A stretch of 24,230 bases of DNA, taken from the NCBI GenBank assembly GCA_001724265.1, contig MEDY01000082.1:62001-86230 (forward strand). The letters are read 5' to 3'. Source of the stretch: Rhizaria sp. SCN 62-66 (lineage: Eukaryota). A program made the position numbers and the translations under genes. Under the pieces are notes generated by a model. That model saw nothing but the letters and a program-made list of their open reading frames with translations. It searched no databases and was not told the DNA's origin. Positions 9,074 through 21,491 of the stretch are shown one piece after another. Numbering within the stretch: the stretch's first letter is position 1; each line of letters opens with the position of its first letter.

Positions 9074-10264
9074 GCGGCGTGGGGGAGTTTCAATCACAGC
9101 AGCTACTCAGCAAGAATGACGGCGATAGCCGAGGCAGCAGTCAGATCAAGTGAAGCGCGAAGCAACCAGCGTTCACAAAATATGTTCTCGTAGAAGTAAT
9201 AACAGTGCCTGCGAACGTAAAAAGCTGTTATGTTTTAGAAAAGTGAGAGAATACTAATATATCTAAGATATACAACATAAGGACGCATTTACAGCGCGCT
9301 GACACCGCTGGCCGTAGGGCGTCGGTGGTGTCGAGGCAGAGTGTCAAGCCACTGAAAGGAATCAGGGTGCAGACGACGATAACGCGCGATTGAGCGAGTA
9401 TAATTAAGGTAAAAAGCTTAAAGCCAGAAATAAAGCCCCCTTGTTGTGTTTGATTGCCAGATTGGCGATGCGCACGGCGCGAGCGGGATGCCCCCAGAAG
9501 CCCGCTCTTTCCCACGGTCACCGAGTCCCCTTGCAGCACCACCGACCAACAGCAGCGGTTGGCCAACCGACTGGCCGACTGGTCGACAGACCGGCGTGGG
9601 AAACGGAAACGGGATATCACGTACGGCGCCGAAGGGGTGCATAAACGCTGCATACACGCTCACAATTAAAGATCAGAGTAAATTTATGTGTGGTGTACTC
9701 TCACATTTATTAGACTTTGACAACCACGGTGTCTGTGGCTCTCACTGCCGTTATTTTTTATGCACTCGGCTTCCCATCTCCACTCTCCGATCGCGTTGCC
9801 TCCGCACCAGTCCCCAGCCCTTGAACGTTCTCTTATCGCTGCATTGCAATGACATATGCGTACTTAATGTACTTTATTACCCTGTTATTTTGATTTTATG
9901 CCGACATCTCACAACCTCCCCTCTCCGCACTTCTTAACAATTCGCTCGTGCCTGCGTCCGTTCCGACGCCCGCTCCCAAACTCTGCTTTTGCGGCTGCTC
10001 TCTCGCCCTCGCATCGTCATCCCTGCCACAGCCACCCTCGTCGCTTTCTTTACACGCACTTAGTTGCATTATCTCTCTGCCCCACCCCCAGAGAGAGACT
10101 AAACCCCGCGCCCTGAGAGCCATCGTAGCTCTCCCTCGACTCACACACAAGCGCAGCAGCTGTCGCCGTCGTCACACGTGCACCGCCAGGACAGCCAGCT
10201 CGCTCACTCTCCCCCCGCTACCTGCGCCCTTGCGCGCCCCTCTCTTTCCCCCTTTGCCCACGCG
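9074..10264. promoter_or_regulatory. Divergent intergenic region (POP and the cNMP gene), presumed bidirectional promoter and 5' UTRs
   Basis: Head-to-head start codons at 9073 (-) and 10265 (+), with a pyrimidine-rich leader before 10265. Confidence 0.5.
9290..9650. ncRNA. Candidate structured RNA or DNA element, family and strand unassigned
   Basis: GC-rich island in AT-rich flanks with several perfect stems: GAGCGGG 9481-9487/CCCGCTC 9501-9507; TTTCCCACG 9508-9516/CGTGGGAAA 9595-9603; CGACCA 9543-9548/TGGTCG 9580-9585; palindrome CGGTTGGCCAACCG 9556-9569; GACACC 9301-9306/GGTGTC 9327-9332. Confidence 0.35.
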
Positions 10265-12364
10265 ATGTCGCAGGTTACTCCCAACCCCCACCGCTCCTCC
10301 AGCGCCGCCGCCGGCAGCATCAGCGGCAGCGGCGGCGGCAGCGGCAGTGGCAGCGGCAGCAGCGGCAGCGCGGGCGCGACGTCGCCCTCGCACGGCAGCA
10401 GCAGCATCGCTGGCCACGGCCCGCGGCGCTCGCTGCACAGCACGGGCACTGCGCCCCTGCACCTCACCGACTCGTACAAGAACAACACCAACAGCGGCGG
10501 TGGCAACAGCAACAATAGCGGCGCTGGCGCCGGCGCCGGCGTGAGCGCGGGTGCGTTCGCGGCCGTGAGAAGCCGTCGCGGCAGCGGCAACACTGACGAC
10601 TACCCCAACTCTGGCAACAACAACAACGGCGGCAGCAACGCTGGTGAGTCCTCGTCGTCTCAGTCGCCCCGCTCCCCCGCCCCCCCAGGAATCAGCGGCG
10701 GCGGCGGCGGAAGCAATGCGGCGGGCACGGGGCTCGCGCGCAGCCGCCGCACAACCAGCACGACGCGCCTCACGTCCTCGCTCTCCCGCGACTACTCCGC
10801 GGGCGGAAACACCACCGCCACCAGCAACAGCGGCGCCAGCGTGGGCGGCAGCGTGGCGAGCACTGCCTACGGCCCGCCGCCCTCGGCGTCGTCGTCGCTG
10901 CCCACGACCACGGGCGACGACAGCGTGGCGTTGGGCGAGCAGGACGATACCGTGTCCATGCTCGGCTTCGGCGGCAGCGCCGCGGGCGACGACGACGATG
11001 ACCGCATGAGCATAACCGGATACCTGGACCTCGCGGCATCGCCCCCCGGTACGTTTCACTGTAATATGCTATAACAATTAAACTGAATAATTTATTTGTA
11101 TTTTTATGTGATGATTAAGTATTTCTTGCTTTCATCCTATCATCTGCGGTAGAAGTCAGATATATATCAAAAATACTATACTTACAACTCTCTTCTTCTT
11201 CTTCTCATCTGTGACGCTGATACGATATATACAACCCAGGTTTCGAGAAGATGCTCCACTCCGACGTCTCAGACACCGAGGCGCTGGAGATGCTGCTCGA
11301 GCTCCAGGCCGAGGGCACGCCCCTGCTGTCGACTTTCTCCCACTCCGACCTCTCGCTGCTGGCCTCGGTGCTGTCCGTCATGTACCTCGAGGACCAGGAG
11401 ACGGTGATCACCAAGGGCGAGAACGCGACCTTTGCGGCCATCGTGCTCTCGGGTTCGCTACAGATTATCGTCGACGACAACCTCAAGTTCGACGTCCTCA
11501 AGGGCGAAACCCTCGGCGAAATGGCATTTTTCGAGTCCGGCAAGCGTTCTGCCACGGTCGTCTCAGCCGGCACCGCCGCGCTGGGCACGATCCGATTCGT
11601 GGAGCTGGAGCGGCTGCTCTACGTGCACCCGCAGCTTCAGGCCAAGCTCACGCACATGCTCGCTATGGCCTCGCTCAGCAAGCTGCGCCTCACCATCGCG
11701 CGCCTCCAGGACTTCAAGCAGGCGTCGGACTCGCTAAACGCGGCTCTGCAGGAGCAGGTCCGCGCGCTCGGCGGCGTCCCCGTGACGGCCGCCAGCCTCG
11801 GCGCCGGCAAGGCCGCCGCGCCCGCCGCCGCCGCGTCTGGCACGGCGCCTGGAACTGTGACGGCGACGGCCGCGCCCACGCCTGCCCCCAACAGCAGCGC
11901 TGAGAGCAAGGCGGCCGAGTCCGGCGGCGACATTAACAACAGCAAGGACGGCTCGAACGACACGAACGCTGCTGGTACCAACGAGCAGCAGCCTGATATG
12001 GCGCGCTCGGCCTCGTTCAACCGCTCGACGACCCCGCCCGAGGACGGCAATGGCAACGGCAGCAACAGCAGCGGCGACGGCAACGGCGGCGCGGCTCCCC
12101 GCAGCCCCGAGCTCTCGTCCCTCCCGGGCCCCACAGTCTCTGTCGTCGCTGGCACTGTGGCTGCGGACTCTGGCGCTAGTGCTGCTGCTGCTGCTGCTGC
12201 TGAAGCTGCTGCTGGCGGCGATAGCGCCGCCGCGGCCGCTGGCAAGGACGGCAAGGACAGTGAGGGCAAAGCCAACGCCGGCTCCTCCGCTGCTGCCACC
12301 GCGGCCGGCGCCAACGCGGCCAACAACGCCGCTGGCACTGGCGCCAACGCCAACGCCAACGCTG

Positions 12365-12395
<31 letters not shown>

Positions 12396-15300
12396 AGGCG
12401 CGGGCGCGGGCGCGGGCTCAGTGCGTCGACTGGCCCCCTCGGCCAAGACTGCCAAGGACGAGGAGACGGCGGCCGGCGGCAGCAGCAACAGCGTCACCGG
12501 CGCCAAGCCTCTCTCCGTCGTCGTCCCCGCCGCCGGCAGCGGCAGCGCCAGCAGCGGCGGCAGCGGCAGCACCACTAACGCCGGCGGCCCCCGCCAGTCC
12601 TTCAACGCAGGCACCGGCGCTAGCACTGGGGCCGGCAGCGGCGCTGCGCCCGGCCTCGGCCGCCGCTCCAGCTCCGCCGACGTCTCTGGCGGCGGCAGCG
12701 GCTCCGCCGCGGCGGCGGAGGCCGAGCCCCAGGCCACGGAGAGCTTGTATGCGCGTCGGCTGCAGCAGCAGCGCGGCCGCCAGCGCTCCTCGCTCGCCTC
12801 CCCCTCGTCCGGCGGCGGCGCCGCGGGCGCCGCGGGCGGTGCCGGCGTGATCACGCCTTCCTCGGTCGCCGCCGCGGGCGGCGACGTCAGCGGCATGAAC
12901 CAGGTACGCTTCCGAGTCCTCATTAAAACAATACTTGCGATGTATTCCAGTGTAATGTGTGTCTATTGGACGAATTTGAAATGAAAATCATATCCACAAT
13001 AGTATGATGTCTTTTAAGTTATTTTTATGTCAAATAACTCACGTGTACCCCCTAATATGTCTTTCACTTGCTTTTGCTCTCTGTTCCAGGTCGTGGTCGA
13101 CCGGCGCACAGTCTCCGTGCCGAACCTCACGGCGGCCAAGAAGGTCATCGTTGCACTCCAGACCAAGATGTCCGAGCTGGCGCGCCGCGCGCACGAGCTC
13201 TCGCGCGCCGACGTGGACCACCGCGCCGCAGCCCGCAAGAACAGGGAAGCGCTCAAGAACGAGAAGGAAAGCAACGCGGAGCTGCAGAAGACAATCGATC
13301 AGCTCAAGAACGCGCTCGAGAAACACAAGACGTCCTCTGGTGACAGCGAAAAAATCTCCAAGTACGTTCTATCACCACTTTATAGCAAATTTGTATGCTG
13401 TATTTCACTTCATTTCTCCCAGATATTGATCTTACACTCACTTTTGCTTTTGTGTTTGCTTTTGCTTTTGTTTTTTTCTCTCACCATTTGCTTAGGGAGA
13501 GCACCGCTGCTGTGGAGGAAATCACTCGTGAACTGGGTGCCCAAGTCGCTGCCGCCGAGCGCGCGCTGGCCGCCAAGGAGACTGAGCTCATCAACCTCGA
13601 CAACAAGTACAAGGACCTCACCGCGGCCAGCAAGACCGTCTTCAACCGCATGTACCTCAAGCTGCTGTACAACGCCGCGGCGCATAAGCGCTACGCGGGT
13701 GAGCTCGTCAAATCTAAGCGACGCCAGGTACATAACACTCATCGATATATAAACACAAAACCCGATCGACATGCTATTTATTTTTACTTCTCTCTGGTGT
13801 TTTACTCATCTCGTTTCCTCCATTCCTCGCCTGTTTATCATTTCTTGCCGCGCCACACAGGAGGCCGCCGAGGTGCAGCTGGGCCGCACGGACGACACGA
13901 TAATCGTGCTGGAGAGTGACCGCACCAAGGCGCAGCAGGAGGCCGACGCCGTGCGCGCGTCACTGCGCCTCAGCGAGCAGCGCATCCGCTCCCTGGCCAC
14001 GGCCACGCTCCACTCAAAGGTCGTCATGCGCAAACAGCGGCTGGCGCTGATTGCGCTCCCGCTCATCATGCACGTCAAGTTCTTCCGCCTGCGCAAGGCG
14101 CTGTGCGGCGTGGCCGAGAACGTCAAGCTCATCCTCTGCCGCCTCTGGGAGGACCTCGCGCAACATGTGCAGGTACGCTCGTTAATGCTCACTAGCGCTC
14201 GCGCTATACTTTTTTGAATGAACATGTTTCGGCCTAATGCGAATAATTTAACGGTATCGACTTCAATAACAACGTATTCTAATTAAAAATACTGTTCTAT
14301 CTTCCTATTACTCACTTGATATCATCTTTGTGACTCGTCATCTTCTCTTCTTAGGACCCTTCCGTGTACATCGTGGGTGGCGACTCGTTCTTGCTGCGCT
14401 CCCCGACGGACACGCTCGACATGCGGCGCGAAGTCAAAGAGCGCGTGCGCCAGCTGCGCAGCGAGCGCCGTGTCATGGCCTCGGTCGAAACGCTGCAGTC
14501 GGACGTCGCGCGTGTTTCGCAGCTGTGCGCCGCGCAGCTCGACGCGTCGCAGCGCCGCGTGCGCGAAGTCCAAGAGCGCGCCGACTCGTCCCTGGCGCAG
14601 CAGGCCCGCGCGCGCGCGCTGGAGGAGGAGAACACGAAGCTTGTCGCGCGCGTCGACAGCCTGGAGCGCGGGATCGCGGACCGCGAGGAGGCCGCGCAGC
14701 GCCGCAGCCTCGCCGAACAGGCGGACCGCGCGGCCAAGACGCAGCGCGCGGCCGCGCTGAGCCGTAGCGCGCGTGCGACGGCGCGGCAGGTGGCGGCGCT
14801 GCAGGGCGAGAAATCCGCGCTGGAGGAGCGGCTCAAACGCTTCGCCATCGCCGCGCGGCTCTTCACGGGCCAGTGCGAGTGGAACCTGCAGCAGCAGAAG
14901 CTCTTCACGTTGCGCGCCGAGCTCAAGCACAAGGCGCACGTGGCCAAGCTGCAGGGCGACAAGCAGCTGCACCGGGCCGTGATGGCGGAGCTGGAGGCGC
15001 TGCCGCACGCGTCGCCGCCGCTGCCACTGACGGTGCCTGTCGCGCCGGTCATCGCCGTCAGCAGCAGCAGCAGCAGCAGCGGTAGAAACAACGGCAACGG
15101 CGGGAACAACAACAGTGGCGACACCACGCTTCCTGCCCGCGGCGCTGGCGCTGGTGGTGACGAAGGCGACGACGACCAGACGATCGTGAGAGGCAGCAAC
15201 GCGCACAACAGCGGCGAAGACACGCTCTACGGCGACGACGCTGACAACGATGGCACTGTCGGTGCCGACAACGCTGCTGCTAGTGGCGATGGCGCTGCCG

Positions 15301-16439
15301 AGTACGACGACACCTTCGAGGACGACAACAACAACAACGATGCCAGCAAGAGCACCGCCGCTAGCAAGCCGAGCATGAACGCCAACTCTGCGCGGAACAG
15401 CAGCAACGCCAACAACAAGAGTTCTCGCAGCAGCAGTCGCAGCGATAACAACATCAACAGCGGCAACAGCGGCAACGTGCGCACTGGCACCGGCAGCGAC
15501 GACGATGCGTACCTCCGCTGGCTCGCGCACGTTGCCGGTGCAACCAACCCCGCCTCCAACGGCTCGGGATACGTCTCGGGCAACCCCAGCCCCACTCCCT
15601 ACAGCGGCAGCAACAACACCACGAGCGCCAATCGAAACGGCAGCAGCAACGGTAACGGCAGCGGTAGAAACGCCAACGGCGAGTTCCTGCCCGAGCCCGC
15701 GTCTTACTACGCCGGTCTGGTCGGCGGCGCGCCCGCGGCGGCCGTGGCGGGCCCGCACGACGGCGCGGTGCACGGCGTCGCGCAGCACCAGCACCAGCAG
15801 CACCAGTGCCAGCAGGCCGAGCAGCGCACGCTGCTCGCCATTGCGGCGCAGCAGCAGCAACAGCAGCAGCAGCGGCGCCAGCAGAGCCAGCGTGGCGACC
15901 GTGACCGCGACCGTGAGCAGCTGTACAGCGACATTCACCCCACCGGCGGCGCGGGCGGCGCGGCGGGGCCCAACTACCGCTTCACCGTCTCCTCCTTCGC
16001 GCGCCCCGGCGCCGGCGGCAACAGCGCTGCCAACAGCGGCATGACCGGCAGCCTCAACAGCAGCGGCGCTGCTGGTGGCGGCGGCGGCGTGACGCCCCGT
16101 CCGTCGAGCCTCCGCATCGGCATCAACAACCTCGACGGCGCCGGCAGCGGCAGCGGCAGTGGCAACGGCAATGGCGGCGGCGGCCAGTCGTCGCCCAACC
16201 GGCGCCGTAAGGACGCCGCGAGCTACACCGCCGGCTCCCCGTACTCGGTCGCGCCTTACAGCGCGCGCGTGCCCGGTGCCGCTGCCGGGGCCGCGGCCGC
16301 AACCGGGGCCGGCGGGGCTGGGGCACCGCAGAGCGCGCGCAGCAGCCATGGCAGCGGCAGCGGCAACAGCGGCGGCAGCGGCAGTGGGGGCTACGACTTG
16401 CCGCGGCTCACGAGCGGCGGTGGCAGTGCCAGGCGCTAA
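10265..16439 (+). CDS. Cyclic-nucleotide-binding domain protein with long coiled-coil and low-complexity regions, ~1782 aa, 6 exons
   Basis: Exons 10265-11048, 11240-12903, 13090-13361, 13496-13727, 13861-14172, 14355-16439 (5349 nt, GT-AG, frame continuous, TAA stop). cNMP domain: ETVITKGENATFAAIVLSGSLQI...KGETLGEMAFFESGKRSATV. Exons 3-6 encode E/K/R/Q/L/A-rich heptad-like sequence. Confidence 0.85.
11340..11660 (+). other. cNMP-binding (CAP/CNB) domain
   Basis: Phosphate-binding cassette GEMAFFESGKRSATV with the conserved G-E and R, preceded by the 'I..G......I..G' beta-roll pattern. Confidence 0.9.
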
Positions 16440-17265
16440 GTTGTAAGTGCTGCAGCTCCTTAGACACGGCGTCGCTGTGTTATGTCTGGTTTGTTTGAGC
16501 TTTTCAAGTGACGCTTTTCTTTGTTCTTCTTCGTTTGTTCTATTTGATGAATTGATGAAGTACTGACCTACTGACGAGGATGATTTTCACTGGTTGTAAC
16601 AGTAATACGATTTTGTGTGTCAAAAAAACTCTGTGTTGTTCTATGTGAGTCGAGTCCTCTTAGAAAGCCGTCACATCATCTCAGCAAGGAAGCCTCGTTT
16701 GCAAATTTTTTCTTGCCTTTTGAGTCTGCGTTTTGCTTGTTGTGCAACAACACTGAGAAATGACGTTGACTTACCTTTGAGTGCTATTTTCTTATCGCAG
16801 CGTTGAGGTTCCGATACGAACTAAGGCGCTTGCGCTTTTTTTTGTGTTGTGTGTTGTATGTGTCACGCACAACGTAATTCCGTTCTGTTCTATTTTATTT
16901 TGTGTTTCTTTTTGATGTCTTTCTTTTAAATTTCATTTGAGTCACCATTTGGTCTATTACTATAAAAACTCTTACACAGCTGTATATGCTCCGATCAAGT
17001 TCGAAGTAAGTCCATGCAAGTAAGACTCATGACTTTGGTTTTTGCGGTTGAACAAAAATACAGTTATGATTTGTTGATTGATTGTCTATAAAACCTCTTA
17101 TGCATAACTTAAGCAAGGTCGCAGTGTTCATGTGATGTTATAATCTTGTTTATTCCTTGCTCAGTCGTTCTTGTGGCCTCATGACTCTTCGAAGTTTCTT
17201 CTATCATTTGAAGCAAATCGAAACAAATCAGTCACAACTTGCTTTGCTTCAATTTATCCCTCTTC

Positions 17266-20200
17266 TCAAGCCCCGTCCTCCTCCTCGTCCTTCTTACCAT
17301 TCAAGGACGCCGTCGCCACGGCGGCCAGCGCCGCCCCCGACATCGCCCTCGCCCTCTCGCCACCGCCATTCGCACTCGCACTACGAGTACTGCAACCGCC
17401 GCCGCTGCCGCCGTGAGTGCCCGCGCAGCTCCCGCTGCCGCAGGCGCCGGCGGCGAGCCCCAGCGCGTTGACGAGCACGGGCACCTGCGCCTGGTAGCCG
17501 CGCGCCTCGCGCTGCGGCGTCAGCCACGCGAGGCCGGCGCCGTCGAGGCTGTCGGCCAGCGGCTGCGGGCCGGCCCAGGGCCGCAGCCACCAGAGCAGCC
17601 ACACAGAGCAGCGCCACGCCGCGCCCAGGGCGGCGGCGACGCGCGCGCCCACGGTCACTGGGGGCGCGGTCACGGCAGCTTCGCCACTGCTGGTGCCATT
17701 GCTGTTGGCGTTGCTGCCGCGGGTATTGAGAGCCGACTCGGGGTCATGACGCTCCTGCTCCTGCTGCTGCTGCTGCTGCTGCTGTTGCTGCTGTTGCTGC
17801 TGCTGCTCGGCGGTGTCGGTGTGAGACGCAAAGGATGACGTGGCCTCCGACCAGTAGGCCGCCGCCCAGGCCGCCGCCGCCTCCGCCGCGGTCACCACCT
17901 TCTCCGCCGCCGCCACCGCCTCGGGCGGCGGCTCCAGAGCGCCCCAGCCCTCCTGCGCCGGCGCCGCGGCGGCGGGGTCGGAGAAATCGAAAGTTACGCC
18001 GCCCGCGCGCTCGTTCGCAAAACGCGCAGGCTTCTTGGTGGTTGTGTTGCCAGCGGCGCCAGCGCTGTTGGCGCCAGCGCTATTGTCGTTGCTGGTGGCG
18101 GCGTCGAGCTCGCTGTCACTCTCGCTATCGTCGTAGTCGTAGTCGAGCTGCTCGTACGCGCCCTTCTTCTTGCCGCTGCCCTCGCCAGCCTTGTCGGCGC
18201 TCGCGCCACTAGAAGCAGCAGCGGCGGCGGCGGCGGCCTCAGCGGCGGCCTTGGCCTTGAGCTCACGTCGTTGCTGCTTGCTGCGCCTCTTTTGCAGCCT
18301 ACATTAAACAACAACAAAAGCGCACAAAAGTGGATATAACATCGTGAGATACAAAATAATAAAGACGAAAATCACTACATCAACATAAAATAAAATCATA
18401 GAGCCAAAAAAATATAGATAACTATAAGTTTCAAGCGTTGCTCGACACGTACCGAGCACGCTCGTTGGCGGCCATGGCCCCCGCGCGCGCCGTATCGGTG
18501 ACGCCGCAGTGGAACCAGTCCTTGCCCTCGCGCCGCGTGGCCGCCACCAGCGCGTGCGCGCCGAACGCCCCGCGGCCCGCGCCGCCGCCGCCCGCGCCCT
18601 CAGTCGCAGCGTTGCTCGGGCTCGGCTGGTTGTGCGCGCTCCGGTTCGCTGAGCTGTTGCTGTTGTTGCTGATGGCGGGTGCGAGGCGCGCGCAGCCGCA
18701 GAAGGCGGAGAGCAGCGTGACGAGCGCGCGCGTGCGTTGCCCGGGCGGCGGGCGCAGCACCAGCGCTGGCGGCAGGCCCATCACCGTGGAGACGTTAGCC
18801 GCGAGCGAGGGGTAGAGGTACGGATGCAGACGCGCCGCGCGTGCGCGCGTGCGGGAGCGCGCGTGGCAGCGCGTGCCCGTCCACCAGCGCTGCACGCGGC
18901 GCCAGAAGCGGCGCACGACACCGCCGTTAGAGCGAGCACCTGCGTTAGCAGCATTAGCAGTAGCATCAGCAGCAGCAGCAGCAGCAGTTGCAGTGGCGTT
19001 CGCGCCAGTGTGCGAGCTGTGAGTGAGACTGCGGCTGTGGTTGCTGCTGCGGTTGTTGCCAGACAGCGCGGTGGTCTCAAACGCGAACACGGGCCGGTCC
19101 GTGGGCAGCGGCGACAGCAGCGTCTGGAGCTTGCGCGCCTCGGTCGCAGTCATGTTGCGCGCGAGGTTCGGCAGCGCCGAGCCCAGCAGCGAGAGTGTGA
19201 CCAGCTGCGCGAAAGTGCACAGCACCGTGGCGAGGAGCAGCGAGGCGGAGAACTGGCCGCGGGCCGCGCGCGCGGACCAGCAAAGCCCCGCGCCCGTGGA
19301 CGAAAGCACCAGCAGGTAGAAGAGCAGGAGCAGGAACTCGCCTAGATTAGATGGCAAAAAGAAAATGAGATGTAGGAATAAGACATAAAGTAAGTTATTA
19401 AGACATAGTAGTTCTACTAACGGAAGAAATTAGCAACAACCTGTTTGAAGACCCTGATCTTCAAGTCGATGATCACAATATTTTAAGTTGCCATCCGCAC
19501 ATAATTGTTTTGTTTTGTTTTATCATCGCGCATAGGACGTACGGTGGTTGCCCGCGCCGACGGCGTTGGCGATCCAGGGGCAGTAGTGGTCGAAGCGCGC
19601 GACGCAGAGCCCCGCGCGGCCGCAGTGCGCGGCGCGCTCCGGCCGCGCCATGCCGCATTGCGTACACGCGGTCGGGTGCACCACCAACGACATGCCCGCG
19701 GTCACCGGCGCGCTGTTGCTATTATCATTGCCGTATGTGGAGACGGAGACGTTGGCGAGCGCGAGCAGCACGCCCGCGGCGGGCGCGGCCGGACCGTGGG
19801 CCGTGAGCACAGACACGGGCGCCGGGGTGGGGGCCGTGCGCGTCACGGTCACCGCGCCAGACCCAGTCCCTGTCGCCGTCTTAGGCCCCATCAGCGCAGC
19901 ACCGGGGCCGGTGGCGGTGAGGGCGCCGCGCCGCAGGTCCTCGGTGTGCTGGGCGATGTTGGACTGCGAGAGCAGCTGCGCGCGACGCCGCATCGCGGCC
20001 GTGAAGTCAGAGCTGAAGTACCTGCGCTCGGAGGGGAAGAAATAGAACACAAAAGTGTTAAGGAAGTCAGCTTGGTGATAGCTTGGTGATTGCATTTTGA
20101 TATGACGATGAATGAATGAAAAATATACGCCCTATGCATAATGAGGCAAAAAATCATTTGAATCTGGGAATGATACGAATAGCTATATCAAAACCTTGTT

Positions 20201-21491
20201 TTTGACTGGTCAAAAAAACATACCACGCCTCATCAAGGTACCCCGCGTCCCAGGCGGCGCAGCGGCGGTACGCGCGCAGCACCACGGCCACGAGCAGGTG
20301 GATGGCGACGCTTGCGAACACGGCCCCCACGGTCACCGCGGCGCGAGAGCCGTCGGCGCTGTCGGAGGAGCCCAGGACCCAGTGCAGCGGGTGCAGCTGC
20401 GGCGCGGCGGCGTAGAACGCGCTGGCGTAGGCCGCGAGCAGCGCGAGGTAGAAGACCAGCGGCGCGTTAATGAGCGAGAGGAAGTGCGACGGCGTGAGCG
20501 AACGCACTGTGCGCAGCAGCGTCAGCGCCGTCGCAAACGCCTCGGTGGCCGCCGACGGCGCCGCGGAGCCGCTGTCATCACCGCCGCCGCCGCTGCCGCC
20601 GCTGCTGCTGCTGCTGGAGGTGGCTGGGAGGGTGGCGGCGGAGGCGGCGAGGATGTCACGGCGGTACGACTGTTGGACCTAAAAAAGATATAACACGAAC
20701 AATATATCGAACAATATATTCATGATGATAAGATAAAAGCGGGCATTCAGATAAACATTGTGGTGATCGTCATAATGATAAAATATATCTTCGGAATTCC
20801 CTCATTATCTTAAACAGAACGAAGACATGAAGAATAGAACTTCGACTGGTACTAACAAAGCTCGCTTTGCTTCCACTGCAAATGCACGTACTTGACGGCG
20901 TGCCTTGGCTACCATAGCGCCGGCGGGGGGCGCAATGGCCCAGTAGCGCAGGAAGCGCGCGATGGGCGTCGCCCTGAACGACCTCGGACTCGTACTCGCA
21001 TTGCCAGCATTGCTGCTACTGCTATTGTTGGTGATACTGTTGTGGCTGCTAGCGTTAATGCGGGGCGCAGATGGCCCGCTGCGGGAGGGCGCGAGCACGG
21101 CGGTGTCGTCGCCGTTGTCGTTACCGTCACCGTAGGGGCTGCCCGCGCCCGCAGTGGCGTCGTAGGGCGAGTACGGCGTGAACTTGCTCGCGTGCATGGT
21201 GTCGGCAGTGATGTCCGCGAAAGGGTCGTCGTACACAGCACTGCCGCCCGTCGCCGCAGCCGCCTCCAGCGCCAGGCCCTCGCCGGTCGTCGCGGCAGCG
21301 GCCGAGCCGGCGGCAGAGGCCGGGGACGCGAGCATGAGCGAGGCCGGCAGCGGCGGATAGGGGGGGCGGCTGAAGGAGTGAGCGTGCCCCTCGTCGTAGT
21401 CGTCGGGCTCTTTGTCGAACAGAAGGCCGCCACCGGTGTCGTCTCCGGCACCAGAGGACGCGCCTGCAAAGGTGATAAACGGGTCGCTCAT
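17266..21491 (-). CDS. DHHC-family protein S-acyltransferase (palmitoyltransferase), DHYC variant, ~1151 aa, 5 exons
   Basis: Exons 21491-20892, 20678-20224, 20021-19543, 19341-18453, 18298-17266 (3456 nt, GT-AG, TGA stop). It shows two TM segments, a DPG-like DAGYL, the Cys-rich domain CTQCGMARPERAAHCGRAGLCVARFDHYCPWIANAVGAGNHREF, two more TMs, a TTxE-like NMTATE and a PaCCT-like HPYLYPSLAANVSTVMG. Confidence 0.9.
17761..17805 (-). repeat. CAG/CAA repeat encoding Q15 in the DHHC C-terminal tail
   Basis: (CTG)n on the plus strand with two TTG interruptions. Confidence 0.9.

Noticed and set aside
9143..9152. AGATCAAGTG, resembling U2 snRNA
   Set aside because: Not followed by TAGTA, and no other U2 features are present.
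9632..9690. TPP riboswitch-like AGGGGTGC...GCTG...GATCAG
   Set aside because: Lacks the UGAGA motif and the P1/P4/P5 pairing.
9411..9750. RNase MRP/P RNA call
   Set aside because: Only a CR-V-like segment is present; no GAAAGTCCCC-type CR-I on the same strand. Kept only as an unassigned candidate.
11637..16349. Long antisense ORFs 11637..12923 and 14322..16349, and similar overlapping ORFs elsewhere
   Set aside because: Expected stop-poor shadows of GC-rich, triplet-repeat exons.
16440..17265. Short ORFs in the convergent intergenic region
   Set aside because: AT/T-rich 3' UTR-like sequence with no coding signal.
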